The notes beneath the pieces were generated by a model, which was not told where the DNA came from, did not search any database, and saw only the letters and a program-made list of their open reading frames with translations. The position numbers were made by a program, and so were the translations under genes. From Vicugna vicugna (lineage: Eukaryota), in assembly GCA_013265495.1 (NCBI GenBank), contig MU058233.1, forward strand, positions 843,038 through 907,037: DNA of 64,000 nt. Reading direction: 5' to 3'. This document shows positions 13,393 through 26,458 of the stretch, piece by piece; position 1 is the first letter of the stretch; each line of letters begins with the position of its first letter.

Positions 13393-15769
13393 GTGAGCAG
13401 GCCTGAGGAAGGGGGGAGTGCCTTTGCAGGGGGAGTCAGTTCACCAGACACACTGCCTGAATCATTTTATCAAAAATAAGACCTTTTACCAAAAATATAC
13501 TTCATGCAACAGAATTCTGAACTACATAACTCACTCAAAAGGTCCTCTTGTTCATTTGTGGTAAAGTATTTCTGAAAATAAGAACTATGCTATTATTTTT
13601 AACTTAGTTAAAATACAGATAATGTATTAAAATACAGTTAATTCCTAGATTATACAGTGAAAGATATGTCAAAACGCAGTTGCCGCTGAAAAGTAAGTGA
13701 GTAGTTTGTGGATATTTTCATCTGTACAGTATGCTCTTTTTCACAGCAACATGGTGCTGGTAGGTTCATAGTTGCTTTCAGTCAATTTTGGCATACAGAT
13801 GTGTATTATGTATACCCATATTTAACAGAACAACCATTTTTACAAGCTGCGCTGCTTTCCAGAGGTAGCAGAAGACTGAAAAAAAAGGTTCCTCTTTTTC
13901 GAGATAAAATTCAGTTACGATGGCCAGCCAGATGCATTAAGATACAAAAGCAGACAGGAGTAAAGTATATGATGTTGCACTTTAAGTTTCTTGTATGAAA
14001 CACTTTTTCAGTTCCAGATTGTATTATTAAGACAACTGTGATACAGAATGTGACCATCTCAATACATGTGAAGGGGCAGACATCCAATTTGAACATTTTG
14101 ATCTATGTAGTATAAGGAGTTTGTAGTTCAGACACACAATTTTCTTAGGGTTGCATATCCAAGATGTGAAAAATTTATGTGAAACTTAGGAAGGAAACCA
14201 TTTTTTTCTCTGAGACAGTGACAGTTTTTTCATTATTCTGTTGTCATGATCAGTTATCCATACGTTTTACAAGCATCATATTCCCGATTAACACGTCTAC
14301 CTTTTACAGAAGACCACATTAGGTAAGTAATGATTTCCGTGTGAAGCTTTCTGAGTTGAGTTTACCTTCAGAGTATTCACGTCTCCTGCATACAAACCAC
14401 GTGCACTGCTGAGTGACCACCAGCATCCGGCACGCTGGGGGGTGCTGTCTAGCAGATGGAGCTGTCACGCAGTTGTGCATGTCGAACACGGTTACAACAG
14501 TTTTCACTGTTGTCCCTTCAACCAAATGCAATGTTGTTACTATGAGGTTGAGTTTAACTACTGCTTGTAATGTATTCAAAAAGTCTGTTTCTAGATGGGA
14601 TGCCGTATTGTGATGAGCTACTAGATGAAGCAGCTAAATTACAAAAATCATACTTGCAAAGTGATCACAGAGCTGCAGAAGCAATGAGGACTAGATGAAC
14701 CAAAATTTCAGAGTGGACAGCTCTTCTGAAGTAACCTGATGATCACAGGATATTTCTTTATCCCTGGTAAGCACTTACTGATTTTGGATGTGGGCTGAAA
14801 GACTGGAGATCTTTCCCTCAGCAAAGCGCTTTCGCTGGGAGAAAGAAATCACAAAAATACTAGTGGTCATTTGAAGTTGACATGGCAGGTTAGAAACCTG
14901 AGAAACCTAAAACACAAAGGTGGTTCTCTCCCGTGGGACATTTGCTGAGTCCCAGGGCTATGGAGGAGGCTGGGGAGCTGAACTGAAAGCGTCTAAAAGG
15001 CAGAGTGGAACAGCTGCAGTGTCTGTGGTAATTAGGAATGAGAAACCCACCAGGAAAGGCTATCTGCCTAAGATACATGGCCCGTTTCTTCCTCAAGCCA
15101 CTTGTCAAAATTTGGCCACGTGGGACAGAAGGTTGAGACTAGGACCTACCAAACCTTAACATTAAAAAAGCTTAGGAGAGTCACATTCAAAATACAAAGG
15201 CTAAATAGAGATAAACTGAGCCTTATAAAAGCTTAGCATGGCACTGACCCAGCTCAGTCTGTGACTGGACTGAGGCATGTAGTGCCTCAAAGTATCAGAG
15301 GCAAGGAAAACCTCTTGCAGAAGGCAGCATAATTTGGACCCCTTGTGTTTCTTTTAGACACAACGTTTGGCATACAACTGTAAAAAAATGACTAAGCATG
15401 TGAAGAACAGGATTACATAACCAGTAACTAGGAGACAAAACAGACAAGAGAAACAGACATAAACTGAGCTAGATACGGGTTGGCAGACCAGGATTTTAAT
15501 GTCTGTTTAATATGTTAAAGCAAATGTAGGAAAAGATGAAAGAAAAAGACAAAAAAACAAAACAAAACAAAAACCCCCACAACCAACGAAGAATTTCAAT
15601 TAGTAAGTGGAATCTGTAAAAAATAATCAGATAAATATTCTAGAATTGAAAACAGTATCTGAAATTAAGAATTTAACAGATGGATTTCACAGCAAACAAG
15701 AGCAGAAAAAAGGTTACTGAACTGAATTGAAAGGAGAGTCAATTAAAAGCAAGTCAACTAAAACAGAGT

Positions 15770-16112
15770 TGTGGGAGGGCCCAGGGAGGGGAAAGAGTCT
15801 AAGGTGAACCTCACACCCAGCAGAGGGAAGGGGACCCCTGCATCTATGAAAACAAAAACAACTTAGCGACAGTTTGTTGTCTCCCCCCTCCCCATTCAGT
15901 CTCCATGGAAACTAGCCCTGCCCGGTCACCCCCTGAGTTTCTACTATAAAACCCCGGCCTTCTCTCCTGGAGGCTCATAGTCTTAGAGGCATTAGCGCAA
16001 TGTGACCTCCTTTACCCGGCAAAGAAGTCAAGTTGCCTTTTCTACTTCATCCAAAACTCTGTCCTTGAGTCTCAATCCAGTCAGCAGGGTACAGAGGCCA
16101 TGCTTTGGAAAC
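15770..16112 (+). mobile_element. ERV LTR remnant (ERV1-like)
   Basis: TG start, TATA-like ctataaaa at ~15944, and ERV1-like R/U5 sequence (ctacttcatccaaaactctgtc). Confidence 0.55.
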
Positions 16113-16944
16113 CCCTTCTCCCCAGAAGGCTCTACTGATAACCTGGGAGGACTTTCACACCCACAGAGCTCTTCACTAACACCTCTGTCCAGTCTTCTGT
16201 CCGTCTTACTCTTGGCAGATAATCTTACCCTGAAACCTACAGTCCCATGTCTGCATTTCGCTGGCCCAGGGGAACGGCTGATCTGCTTGGGATAAGGAGT
16301 TTGCAGCTGGACGCATTGCTACTCTAAGCAAAACTGGGGCACTATCAGTAAAGGAAGAGGAGGAGAGGGTAGCAGCTGGCAGTGTACGCCACACCAGGCC
16401 AGAAAGTAGCTCTTAAGAAGCCAAACAGCAGCACACAGCTCAGGTACTGAAACAGCATAAGTAAGTCAGATATAAGTAAATAAGGAGGTAATTAAAACGA
16501 ACGCACACAGTCCTTTCCTTTTGAGAGAATGGTGGAAGTATCCCTCCTTACGGCAAACGCCAGTCCTGTCTGTGCCTCAGATGCCTCCACCTGCTTCTCA
16601 GGAACTGTACGGAACTCTAGCTCCTCACACCTGCACGTGTGATCTCTCCATGCTGCGCACATCACATAGGACTTAAACATGTCCTGGTTTCTCAATATTT
16701 AAAAAATACTTCTTTTCCAGCTGCTGCCCTATCTTTCTCCTCCTGTTCAAACTCGTCTGTCTTTGTCATCCTTAATTATTCCCACTGCCCACCCTCAATA
16801 CACTAGTTATTTCCAGCTAAGCAACAGTAACCTTCATGTGGTTGTAAAAAAAAGTTTGCTTTTTAAGACTTCATCTAATTCAACATCATAGTAGCATTTA
16901 AAAAACTGGTTTTATTTTTTTGACTAAAAAGTGAGCATTTTATT

Positions 16945-17340
16945 ATTTATTATTATTTTTTATTGAGTTACAGTCAGTTTACACTGTGTCAATTTCTGGT
17001 GTACAGCACAGTTTTTCAGTCATGCATGAATATACATATATCTGTTTTCACGTTCCTTTTCACCGTGAGCTACTACAAGATCTTGGCTGTATTTCCCTGT
17101 GCTATACGGTATAAACTTGTTTATCTATTCTATATCTACCTGTCAGTATCTACCACTCTCGAGCTCCCAGTCTGTTCCTACCAACCCCCTCCCCCCTGGC
17201 AACCACAAGTTTGTATTCTATGTCTCTGAGTCTGTTCCTGTTTAATAGTTAACTTCATTTGTCTTTTTTTTTAGATAAAAATGTTTTTTTTAAATAAAAA
17301 AAACATTGTAAACCGACTATACTTCAACTAAAAAAATATA
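16945..17340. mobile_element. Lineage-specific L1 3' ends: one minus-strand copy and a short plus-strand tail
   Basis: tttattgagttacagtcagtttacactgtgtcaatttctggtgtacag recurs at ~27830, ~33040 (rc), ~33275 and ~35550 (rc). Confidence 0.8.
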
Positions 17341-17551
17341 AAACAACTGATTTTACCTTCCTTCTTCAAACACTAGTTTGTCTTGGTTCAGTAAAACTCT
17401 AGTCTTCCTGGTTTCCCTCTTATATACTAGGGTTCCTTTATCTTTAAATACAGGAGGTCTTCATGCTCAGTGGTAGACATTCTCTTTTCACAGCATCCAT
17501 GTTTCCTATGCAATCTTAGTCACCTCCACAAAACCTGCTTCAGTCTACCAA

Positions 17552-17912
17552 TGTTACAGAAATGACAGGCCAGCCAAGAAACAAGCACCACTCGGAGGGT
17601 TGGAGTACTCAGATGTATTACGCCGGCGGGCTCAGAGGGGCTTCTGCCCTGAAGCTCTGGGCACCTCCAAGACGTGTGCTTGGGGCTTTACAGGGTTAAT
17701 TACAGGCTTGGGGTATTCGGCCAATAGGCATGGAACAATTTTAGCAGCATCATTATCACAAAAGTAGAGGCAAGGAAGCAGCAAACCAACATTTCAAGGC
17801 CAGATATGTCTCTGAAAATCCAGCTGGCTAGCAAAAAAACATGAGCAGGGAATCAGCATACTGACACTTAACTTAGACTTACGAGTTAGCCTAGCCCGGC
17901 TTTTCCTTCGCA
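17552..17912 (-). mobile_element. Solo LTR, 361 bp
   Basis: TG...CA ends, near-TSD ccaa/ccta, retained CpGs, and a U5-like end on the minus strand. Confidence 0.6.
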
Positions 17913-18281
17913 CCTACTGATGTTGCTAAAATTATCTCTGTCCTAGACACCTCCTCAGGCTCAGAACTACATACCAGCCTGTTCATCCAGGTATCTCACA
18001 ACTCTATAAAGTTAACAGGACTAAAACTGCAACTACTGCCTCTTTCTTCCATCACAGTTTCCTCCTTCCATATTCTGTTTCTCAGTAAATTAGAGCTAAT
18101 CTGATCAGTATCTGTGGAACCAAGCAGCAAAATCTGAAAGGTTTCATTCAGCATTTAAAACTGATAACTTCCCCTCTAACTGAAGACTCTTTGATTTTTC
18201 TTATGCTGAAATGTTGGGGTTTCCTTCCTGCTTCTCTGATCACTTGCTTTCAGTGACCTCCTCCATCAGCTCTAGCCTCCG

Positions 18282-18924
18282 TGCAGAAGTTCTATCAGCA
18301 CCCGTCTTCTGGTCCTCCTGAGACAGGATGGAAGGGGATAGGGCACAGCCATGCAAGGAATGCCACAGCAATTAACATCAAAATGGTGAAAGATTCAACC
18401 CCCAGTAGGCCTTGAGGCTCAGGATGATGAGAAATTTAACTTCTCGTAGATCTTGAGCTTCATTATACGCTCGCTGTAATATATTAACATGGTGAATAAC
18501 ACGCCCACAGGCACCATGACAGTCCCAAGGGTAGCCACAAAAGGTCAAAGAGTGGGAAATGGCCAACTTCCTGGGAATCCCAGCCCCTTCCCCAGGCTAC
18601 TTAGATGGGTCCTTCCACTTACGAGCACATGAAGCCACCAAGCCCATAAAAACCAGCAACACGGTGCCTTGCGGCCGCCCCTCTCTCTCCCTCTTCCGAG
18701 ATGGCCCACATTCTGTCTTTGGAGTGTGTACCTACTTTTAATCTGAGCACCCAACCCCCCACACCTTGTGGCCTTTCTCTTTCCTTTCAATGTATCTGAA
18801 TAAATCTACCTTCACTCAACTGTGGCTTGGTCCTGAATTCTTTCCTGCGTGAAGCCAAGGACCCACGCTTGGCGGGGTATGTCCCAGGGGCTCGACTGAA
18901 GCCTGGCACACAGCCCTTCTCACA
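18282..18924 (+). mobile_element. ERV1 solo LTR (MER41/MER4-group-like)
   Basis: TATA-like cccataaaaa at ~18645, AATAAA at ~18799, U5 gaattctttcctgcgtgaagccaaggaccc, ends in CA. Confidence 0.7.
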
Positions 18925-19853
18925 CCCCACGTTTTCCTGCATCACTCCCTTTTCTATGTTCCTATCCAAATTTGTACACCCAACATAAAATATTTAACTC
19001 GGCATATCTTGTGTTTTCTGTTTTTTGGTTTTTTTTAAAACAAGGTTACTTGTTTGTATTGACTACATTGCCTGTGTTCACGTACTATTTTGGAAAAAAA
19101 AAATCAGTAAGCTTATTCTTCTCACATGAAAAGATGCCGATACATAAGCCATGCAGTGCTGGCACAGCTCTCTGAAGATGCCTCTGGGAAACCAGGGCCT
19201 CTCTGACACCATCCTTAGGCCATGGTTGTCGTCCTCGTTCAGCCCTACGAATGCAAAATCCAAAGGGAGAAGCCTAGGGAAGGCAGAAAGACAAGGCACA
19301 AAAGGCAAAGAGGAAGCACCACATAGATCTGTCCCCAGGGAGACTGTCTATATTTGATTAATCAGGAAGGAGGGATAGGGCCATGCCTGGCGGCCAGGAG
19401 GCTGAGAACTAGCCACGTCGGTACTGGAGCTAAAGTAGGGTTGTCAGTAGGGAGGGATGAACTGGGTGTTCACTGGCCACCAGCAGTATCTGCTGCACCG
19501 GCCTGAGGGCGACTCTCAAGAAAATACCGATGAAGTAGCATCATACAGCCCAGGTCCTCCAAACACAGTGCAGTTAACCTAGACACCAACAGCGACGCAA
19601 CTGAAAACATTAAGAACACATAATTCTAAAGAGCCATGGATCAGAAAAGCCATAAAGTCATAATGAATATTAGACAACATTTAGAATTAAAACAAAATAA
19701 GTGATCACAGACCAAGATGTGTTACTCAGCTAAAGGGGTGTTTATAGGACTATCTATCGCCTTAAGTGCCTATTTTAGAGAACAAAGACTGAAATAATGA
19801 GCTCGGAATCCACCTTAAGCCAATGAAAAAGGCAATCCCACATTCATTAACAG

Positions 19854-21569
<1,716 letters not shown>

Positions 21570-22939
21570 TCAGGTCAGGGATGCATTTCACTGGGTGTCC
21601 TCCCTGTGGCCAAAGAGGCAGGTTCAGGTAAAAGAAGAGTGAAAACAGAATCCAACTGAAGGCAAGGTTAAAAAAAATTACAGACCCTCCCCTGTACCTT
21701 CCAGCAAGGTTTCCCAGCTTAAAACCTTTACTGGGATTTGTACTGACATGGATACAGCCACGCTTGGCCCCTTCTTGAACTGTCATCTTGGTTATTCACA
21801 CTGGCTTCTCCTGTAGACTACTACTCAGCTCTGGGGATTATTAAAGACAAAGAGAACCAGTATAAACAGGCATTACTGTTTAAATTTTATGCATATTTTG
21901 CTAATTTTTAAGTTAACTTTTTGGAATAAAAAAAAATTCCCACTGAACACAACTGTTTTAGGTAAATTTCTTTGTTGTATATATAACTTGGTGTTTAACT
22001 GAATAACCTCACAAACAATTAACAGGGCTGATGATTTGGCTGTCACCCTACTTAGGAGTTTTACTGGAGTTGTTAAAGGTAAATGTGTGACTTTGAAACA
22101 AATGTTCATTTGATATCTCTGTCCCCATAATCCATATTTCCTTATGACAATTTATTCTACCTAAAACTGGAATGGGATCAACAAAGAAGTATGAGCTACA
22201 TTCTAAGCTTTGAGACTGAGGCCTTTACAGTGTTGACAATATTCGATGGTATAATACTTTCCTGAATAATTTTTATAATGGCTTTTATATAAATGTTGGA
22301 ACAACTGACCCTGTGAATACAAAAAAAGAATACTTGGAGACTTTAGGGATCACAACAAATCATGCAGCACTTTATTACGCCAATATCTTTACAGATCTCT
22401 TTTTTTGAAGATGAGTTGATAACCTCCAAATACAAGCCTTCTAGCTCAGTATACACTTCAGTATCAACAGAGTTCAGGTTTAATGGACAAAATTAGAGAA
22501 TTGGCATTCTTTATTTAGACAAAGATCTTCAACAGGAAGAGTATGTCCTTACTTCAGAAGTGTACACAATTCTGTCACACTTCAGTGTGAATCACATGGA
22601 AGTATCTGTCTGATTCATTCACTGCTGTATTCTGAGTACCCAGAACACCCCTCAGCCCAAGGCAGACACCCAACAAATGTTTACTGAATAAACTGAATTA
22701 ATCTATGGCAATTAAGGTTTTGTGGAAAAAGTTTCTTTTTTCCCCCCAACATCTATACTGTTCTTACAAAAGAGAAACAAAATCTGAAAGTTAGTCTCCC
22801 TCTTCAAAAAAGGACATTAGTTTGCCTTCTGGTTAAAGTTGTTAAGCTAAGAATTGTACTCTGGGCTCATTTCTTCATTCCCCCTAGCTTTCTTTCTTTC
22901 CTAGTTACAGAACTAACACAAAAACTAAACAACTTTACC

Positions 22940-24650
22940 AAACAACAGGGAAAAAATATCTGAATAAATGGAGAGATTCACCATGTTCATAGATGGGAAT
23001 ATTCAGTATTAAAACATTTCAATGTTTCTCAAACTAGAATTGCATTAGGATTTTCATTAAATTCATTCCTATATATTCAATAGGAACTTCTTGAAACATG
23101 ACGATTTTGTTTTAAAAGTTTTATAGAAAAATAAAGACGTGAATAACATGGCAATTATTAAAGTAATGCTTTGCTCTACTATATTATTTCAAAACTCATT
23201 ATAAATCTCTAGTAACTTAAACATAATTGATGAATGTAAAAGTTCCAATTATGATGAATAGGTTACATACAAAAGAACAATGGAAGGGGACCTCTCAGTA
23301 GTGACACTGCTCCATTTTCTACCAAGCTTTGCCAGTTTTCAAAGTTCTATGGGAAAATAATTTCCTATCTCGGGTTTCTATACTAGTCCAAAATACTATG
23401 CAAATATGAGAACAAAATAAAGCAATTTCTAGTCACACACAACCTTAATGTTGACCACTTCTCTGGAAGGCAGTAAGGTTATTATTCATTAAAAAGGGAA
23501 AAGAAGTTTCCAGGAAACAAGAGATCCAACAGAGAGATGAGAGGAAGGGGTGGACGAGTATGAAGGGAAGTCCCAGCCTCCCTTCAGAATCTAATAAGAG
23601 AAGGAAGAATGCCCACCCTGCCACACTGGTCAGCGTAATCTTTTCTCAGAACTTAGATAATTACTTCCAATTTTTAAAATTAACATTGTTCTAATTATAA
23701 AAGTAACGCATGCTCACTCTTGTTTGCTGATCTTGTATGCTGTTTACATTTGCTATGCAATTATTGATTCTTTTTCTGCTTAATCTGTCACTGTGACTAT
23801 GGTATGTTTCAGATGTGGCTCTTGTAAACAGGAAATAGCTGGCTTTGTTTTTTATCGAGTATTTTACATAAAGAATTGCACCTGTCTATACCGCTAAAAA
23901 AAATGAAAATAGCAAGAAGGAAAAGAAAATTTTAAAACAGAGAGCAAGCATTACCCTAATAGAAATCCAAAACGAAAAACATAAGACAAAACCAACAGAT
24001 CTCCAAAATAATCCAAATCTGCTTCTTTGGAAAGATTAATGTAGGTGGATATCTTGTAGGACTAATCAAGAAAAAAGATGGCCCTAATAAATATTAGGCT
24101 CAAGAAAAAAATAGCTACAATCATAGTAGTGACTTTACAATATCTTTCACAAGCAGTGATTTTAAAAATCACCAAAAGAATCACTACAAAAGAATAATAT
24201 GAACAATTTTATGTCAACAAACTTGAAAATTTAGATGAGGCAAACAATTTTCTAGAAGAACATGTGTCCAAAATTGAGTCAGTTAAGAACTACAAAACTG
24301 AAATGAATCACTACCATTTAAAAATGAATCAGAAGTCAAATATCTACCCTCAACGATTTTGAGCCCAAAACTTTCAAAGGGAAAATTATTTTACTGAGTA
24401 GAAGAAAAAAACTACGCTTCTCAAGTTATTCATAAGACTTGTAAAATCTTTTTAGTATTTGTACTGCAAGGATAGTACAAAGAAAGATTAAAGTGCCATC
24501 TTAATTCTGAACACTGAAAAAGTCCTAAGTAAAATATTAGTGAATTGAATATGGCAGTGTCTTAAAGTAATAATATAATGTCACATTCAAGCAGAGTTTA
24601 ACCAAGAATACAGGAATGTCTCAAAAGCAGAGAAACAATTACGGTTATCA
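22940..24650 (+). mobile_element. Ancient L1 ORF2-derived fragments
   Basis: A-rich. Contains tgaataaatggagagattcaccatgttcatagatgggaa and tatgaacaattttatgtcaacaaacttgaaaatttagatga, typical of L1 ORF2. Confidence 0.7.
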
Positions 24651-24949
24651 TCATGTCATAGTATAATGAACATGCTTGTATCCATCACTCTATTTTGAAG
24701 GAGATCTGGGAATGATGCATTATTTGTAAATACTTCAGAATTTATCTCTGAATGATAAGGACTTTTCAAAAGTCATAACCAGGATATTATTACCACACCT
24801 AGAAAATAAGTAATGATTCCTTAATATCAAATACATATATATGCAGTGTTCAAATTTTTCTGTTACCTCATAAGTGCTTTACTAAAAGTTTAATTCATGG
24901 TCTAAATAATTTTCATACAATTTTAAGTATGTTTTAATTTAAGGTTTGC

Positions 24950-25447
24950 TGTAGAGAAACAGTATCTCCTTACTGTGATGCAACCCATTAACAGGTTAAG
25001 GACTGTGGACAAAGAATGTCACCTGCCACATCAGTACACAAAAGACGTTGTGGCCTTCAAGCCATCAGGCACTGCAGCTGCCAGGCCTTTGCACCCTAAG
25101 GAGGGTTCAGGATGCAGAAGACAGGACACTGCTCCCAGACAGTTAAGGTGCAGATCAAAGGAGTGCTTTCAGTCAGCCCAGGCTCTCTCATCTTCCCATA
25201 CACAGAGAAGTGCTAAATTCATTCACTTGAGCTGTCCAGTTTTCTTTGACAGTAACCTTTTGATGTTCTGACTACCTGGTTTTTGTTGCAAAAACTCCTG
25301 TATAACCTGGCTCCTGCCTACCTCTTCAGAGCAGTCCCTCAGGGCCATCTGAGAGGCTGTCTTCTGGGCTTAAGTCCTCACAAAGTCGGCTGAGTAAAAC
25401 ACAATTCTCAATCTTCAGGTTGTGCTTTTTTTTTTCCCAGTTGAGAG
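24950..25447 (+). mobile_element. ERV1 solo LTR (MER34/MER39-like) abutting the CpG island
   Basis: TG start and characteristic 3' part ctgagaggctgtcttctgggcttaagtcctc...agtaaaacacaattctcaa...ggttgtgc. Confidence 0.65.
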
Positions 25448-25672
25448 AAGTTAGAGTTAAGAAAAAGTCCTGGATAAAGTAAAAAGAATTGGCGGGACAC
25501 CCTGCTCCTCTCACCCACACACTGAGGTGACACTCCTTACCTGAGCGGGTTCTGCTCAGTGCTCCAGCCAGCTACCCCTGCCTGGTGGCGCTGAGGGACT
25601 CCGGGCCAGGTCCCCGCCGGCCCAGGGTTCCACGGGCGCCCGCCCCGCCCCGCCCCTTGGTTCAGGCACCCC

Positions 25673-25733
25673 NNNNNNNNNNNNNNNNNNNNNNNNNNNN
25701 NNNNNNNNNNNNNNNNNNNNNNNNNNNNNNNNN
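25673..25733. other. Assembly gap (61 N)
   Basis: Run of N inside the CpG island. Confidence 1.
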
Positions 25734-25918
25734 GGGGAACCCTGAGGCGCGCCCACCGCACGGCGGACGCTCCCCTCGCCCCCCGCCCTCCGGCGTCTCC
25801 TCAGCCTCCGTGCGCCCACGCGCTCACCTGTCCTTGCTGCACCTGCTTCTCGCGTCCGAGAAGAAGGGACGGGAGAACGCGCGCGGGGCAGGCGGCGGCG
25901 CCGAGGCCCCAGAGCCCC

Positions 25919-25946
25919 GAGGAGGAGGAGGAGGAGGAGGAGGAGG
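25919..25946 (+). repeat. (GGA)8-9 microsatellite
   Basis: Uninterrupted GGA run read directly. Confidence 0.95.
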
Positions 25947-26234
25947 GCAGGGCCCGGCGTTCGCCGCCGCCCACGGAGCCAGGGCCCGGCCTACATCTCC
26001 CAGGGGCGACCCTGGGCTTTGCGTTACGACCGTGCTTGTCGGCTGGTCGTGAGAGGACGGGGCGGCGCGTGCGCGTGCGCGAGGGCCGGGGGCGCGGCGG
26101 GCGCTGAGGGGCTGGGTCAGGCGGCTCGGTTGCTGCGGACCCGCCCGCCTGGGCCTGGAGGCCCGGCTCTGGGCGCGCCCTTCGCAGGCGCTGCCCTAGT
26201 GACGGTGTCGCTGCCCCGCGAAGGTCCGGGCGCC

Positions 26235-26458
26235 GAGCCTCCCCGCGCCCCGAGCCTCCGGCCGCAGAGCCTCCCGCCGCCGAGCCTCCTCGGGCGCCGA
26301 GCCTCCCCGCGCCCCGAGCCTCCAGCCGCAGAGCCTCCTCGGGCGCCGAGCCTCCGGCCGCAGAACCTCCCCGCGCCCCGAGCCTCCAGCCGCAGAGCCT
26401 CCCGCTGTCGAGCCTCCCCAGGCGCCGAGCCTTCCGCCGGCCGAGCCTCCCCGCGTCC
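26235..26458 (+). repeat. GC-rich minisatellite, 14 units of 15-17 bp with a GAGCCTCC core
   Basis: Units counted directly from the sequence. Confidence 0.9.

Noticed and set aside
26235..26458. Repeat-spacer pattern resembling a CRISPR array
   Set aside because: The core is only 8 bp, the spacers are 7-9 bp and themselves repeated, there are no cas genes, and the context is mammalian. It is a minisatellite.
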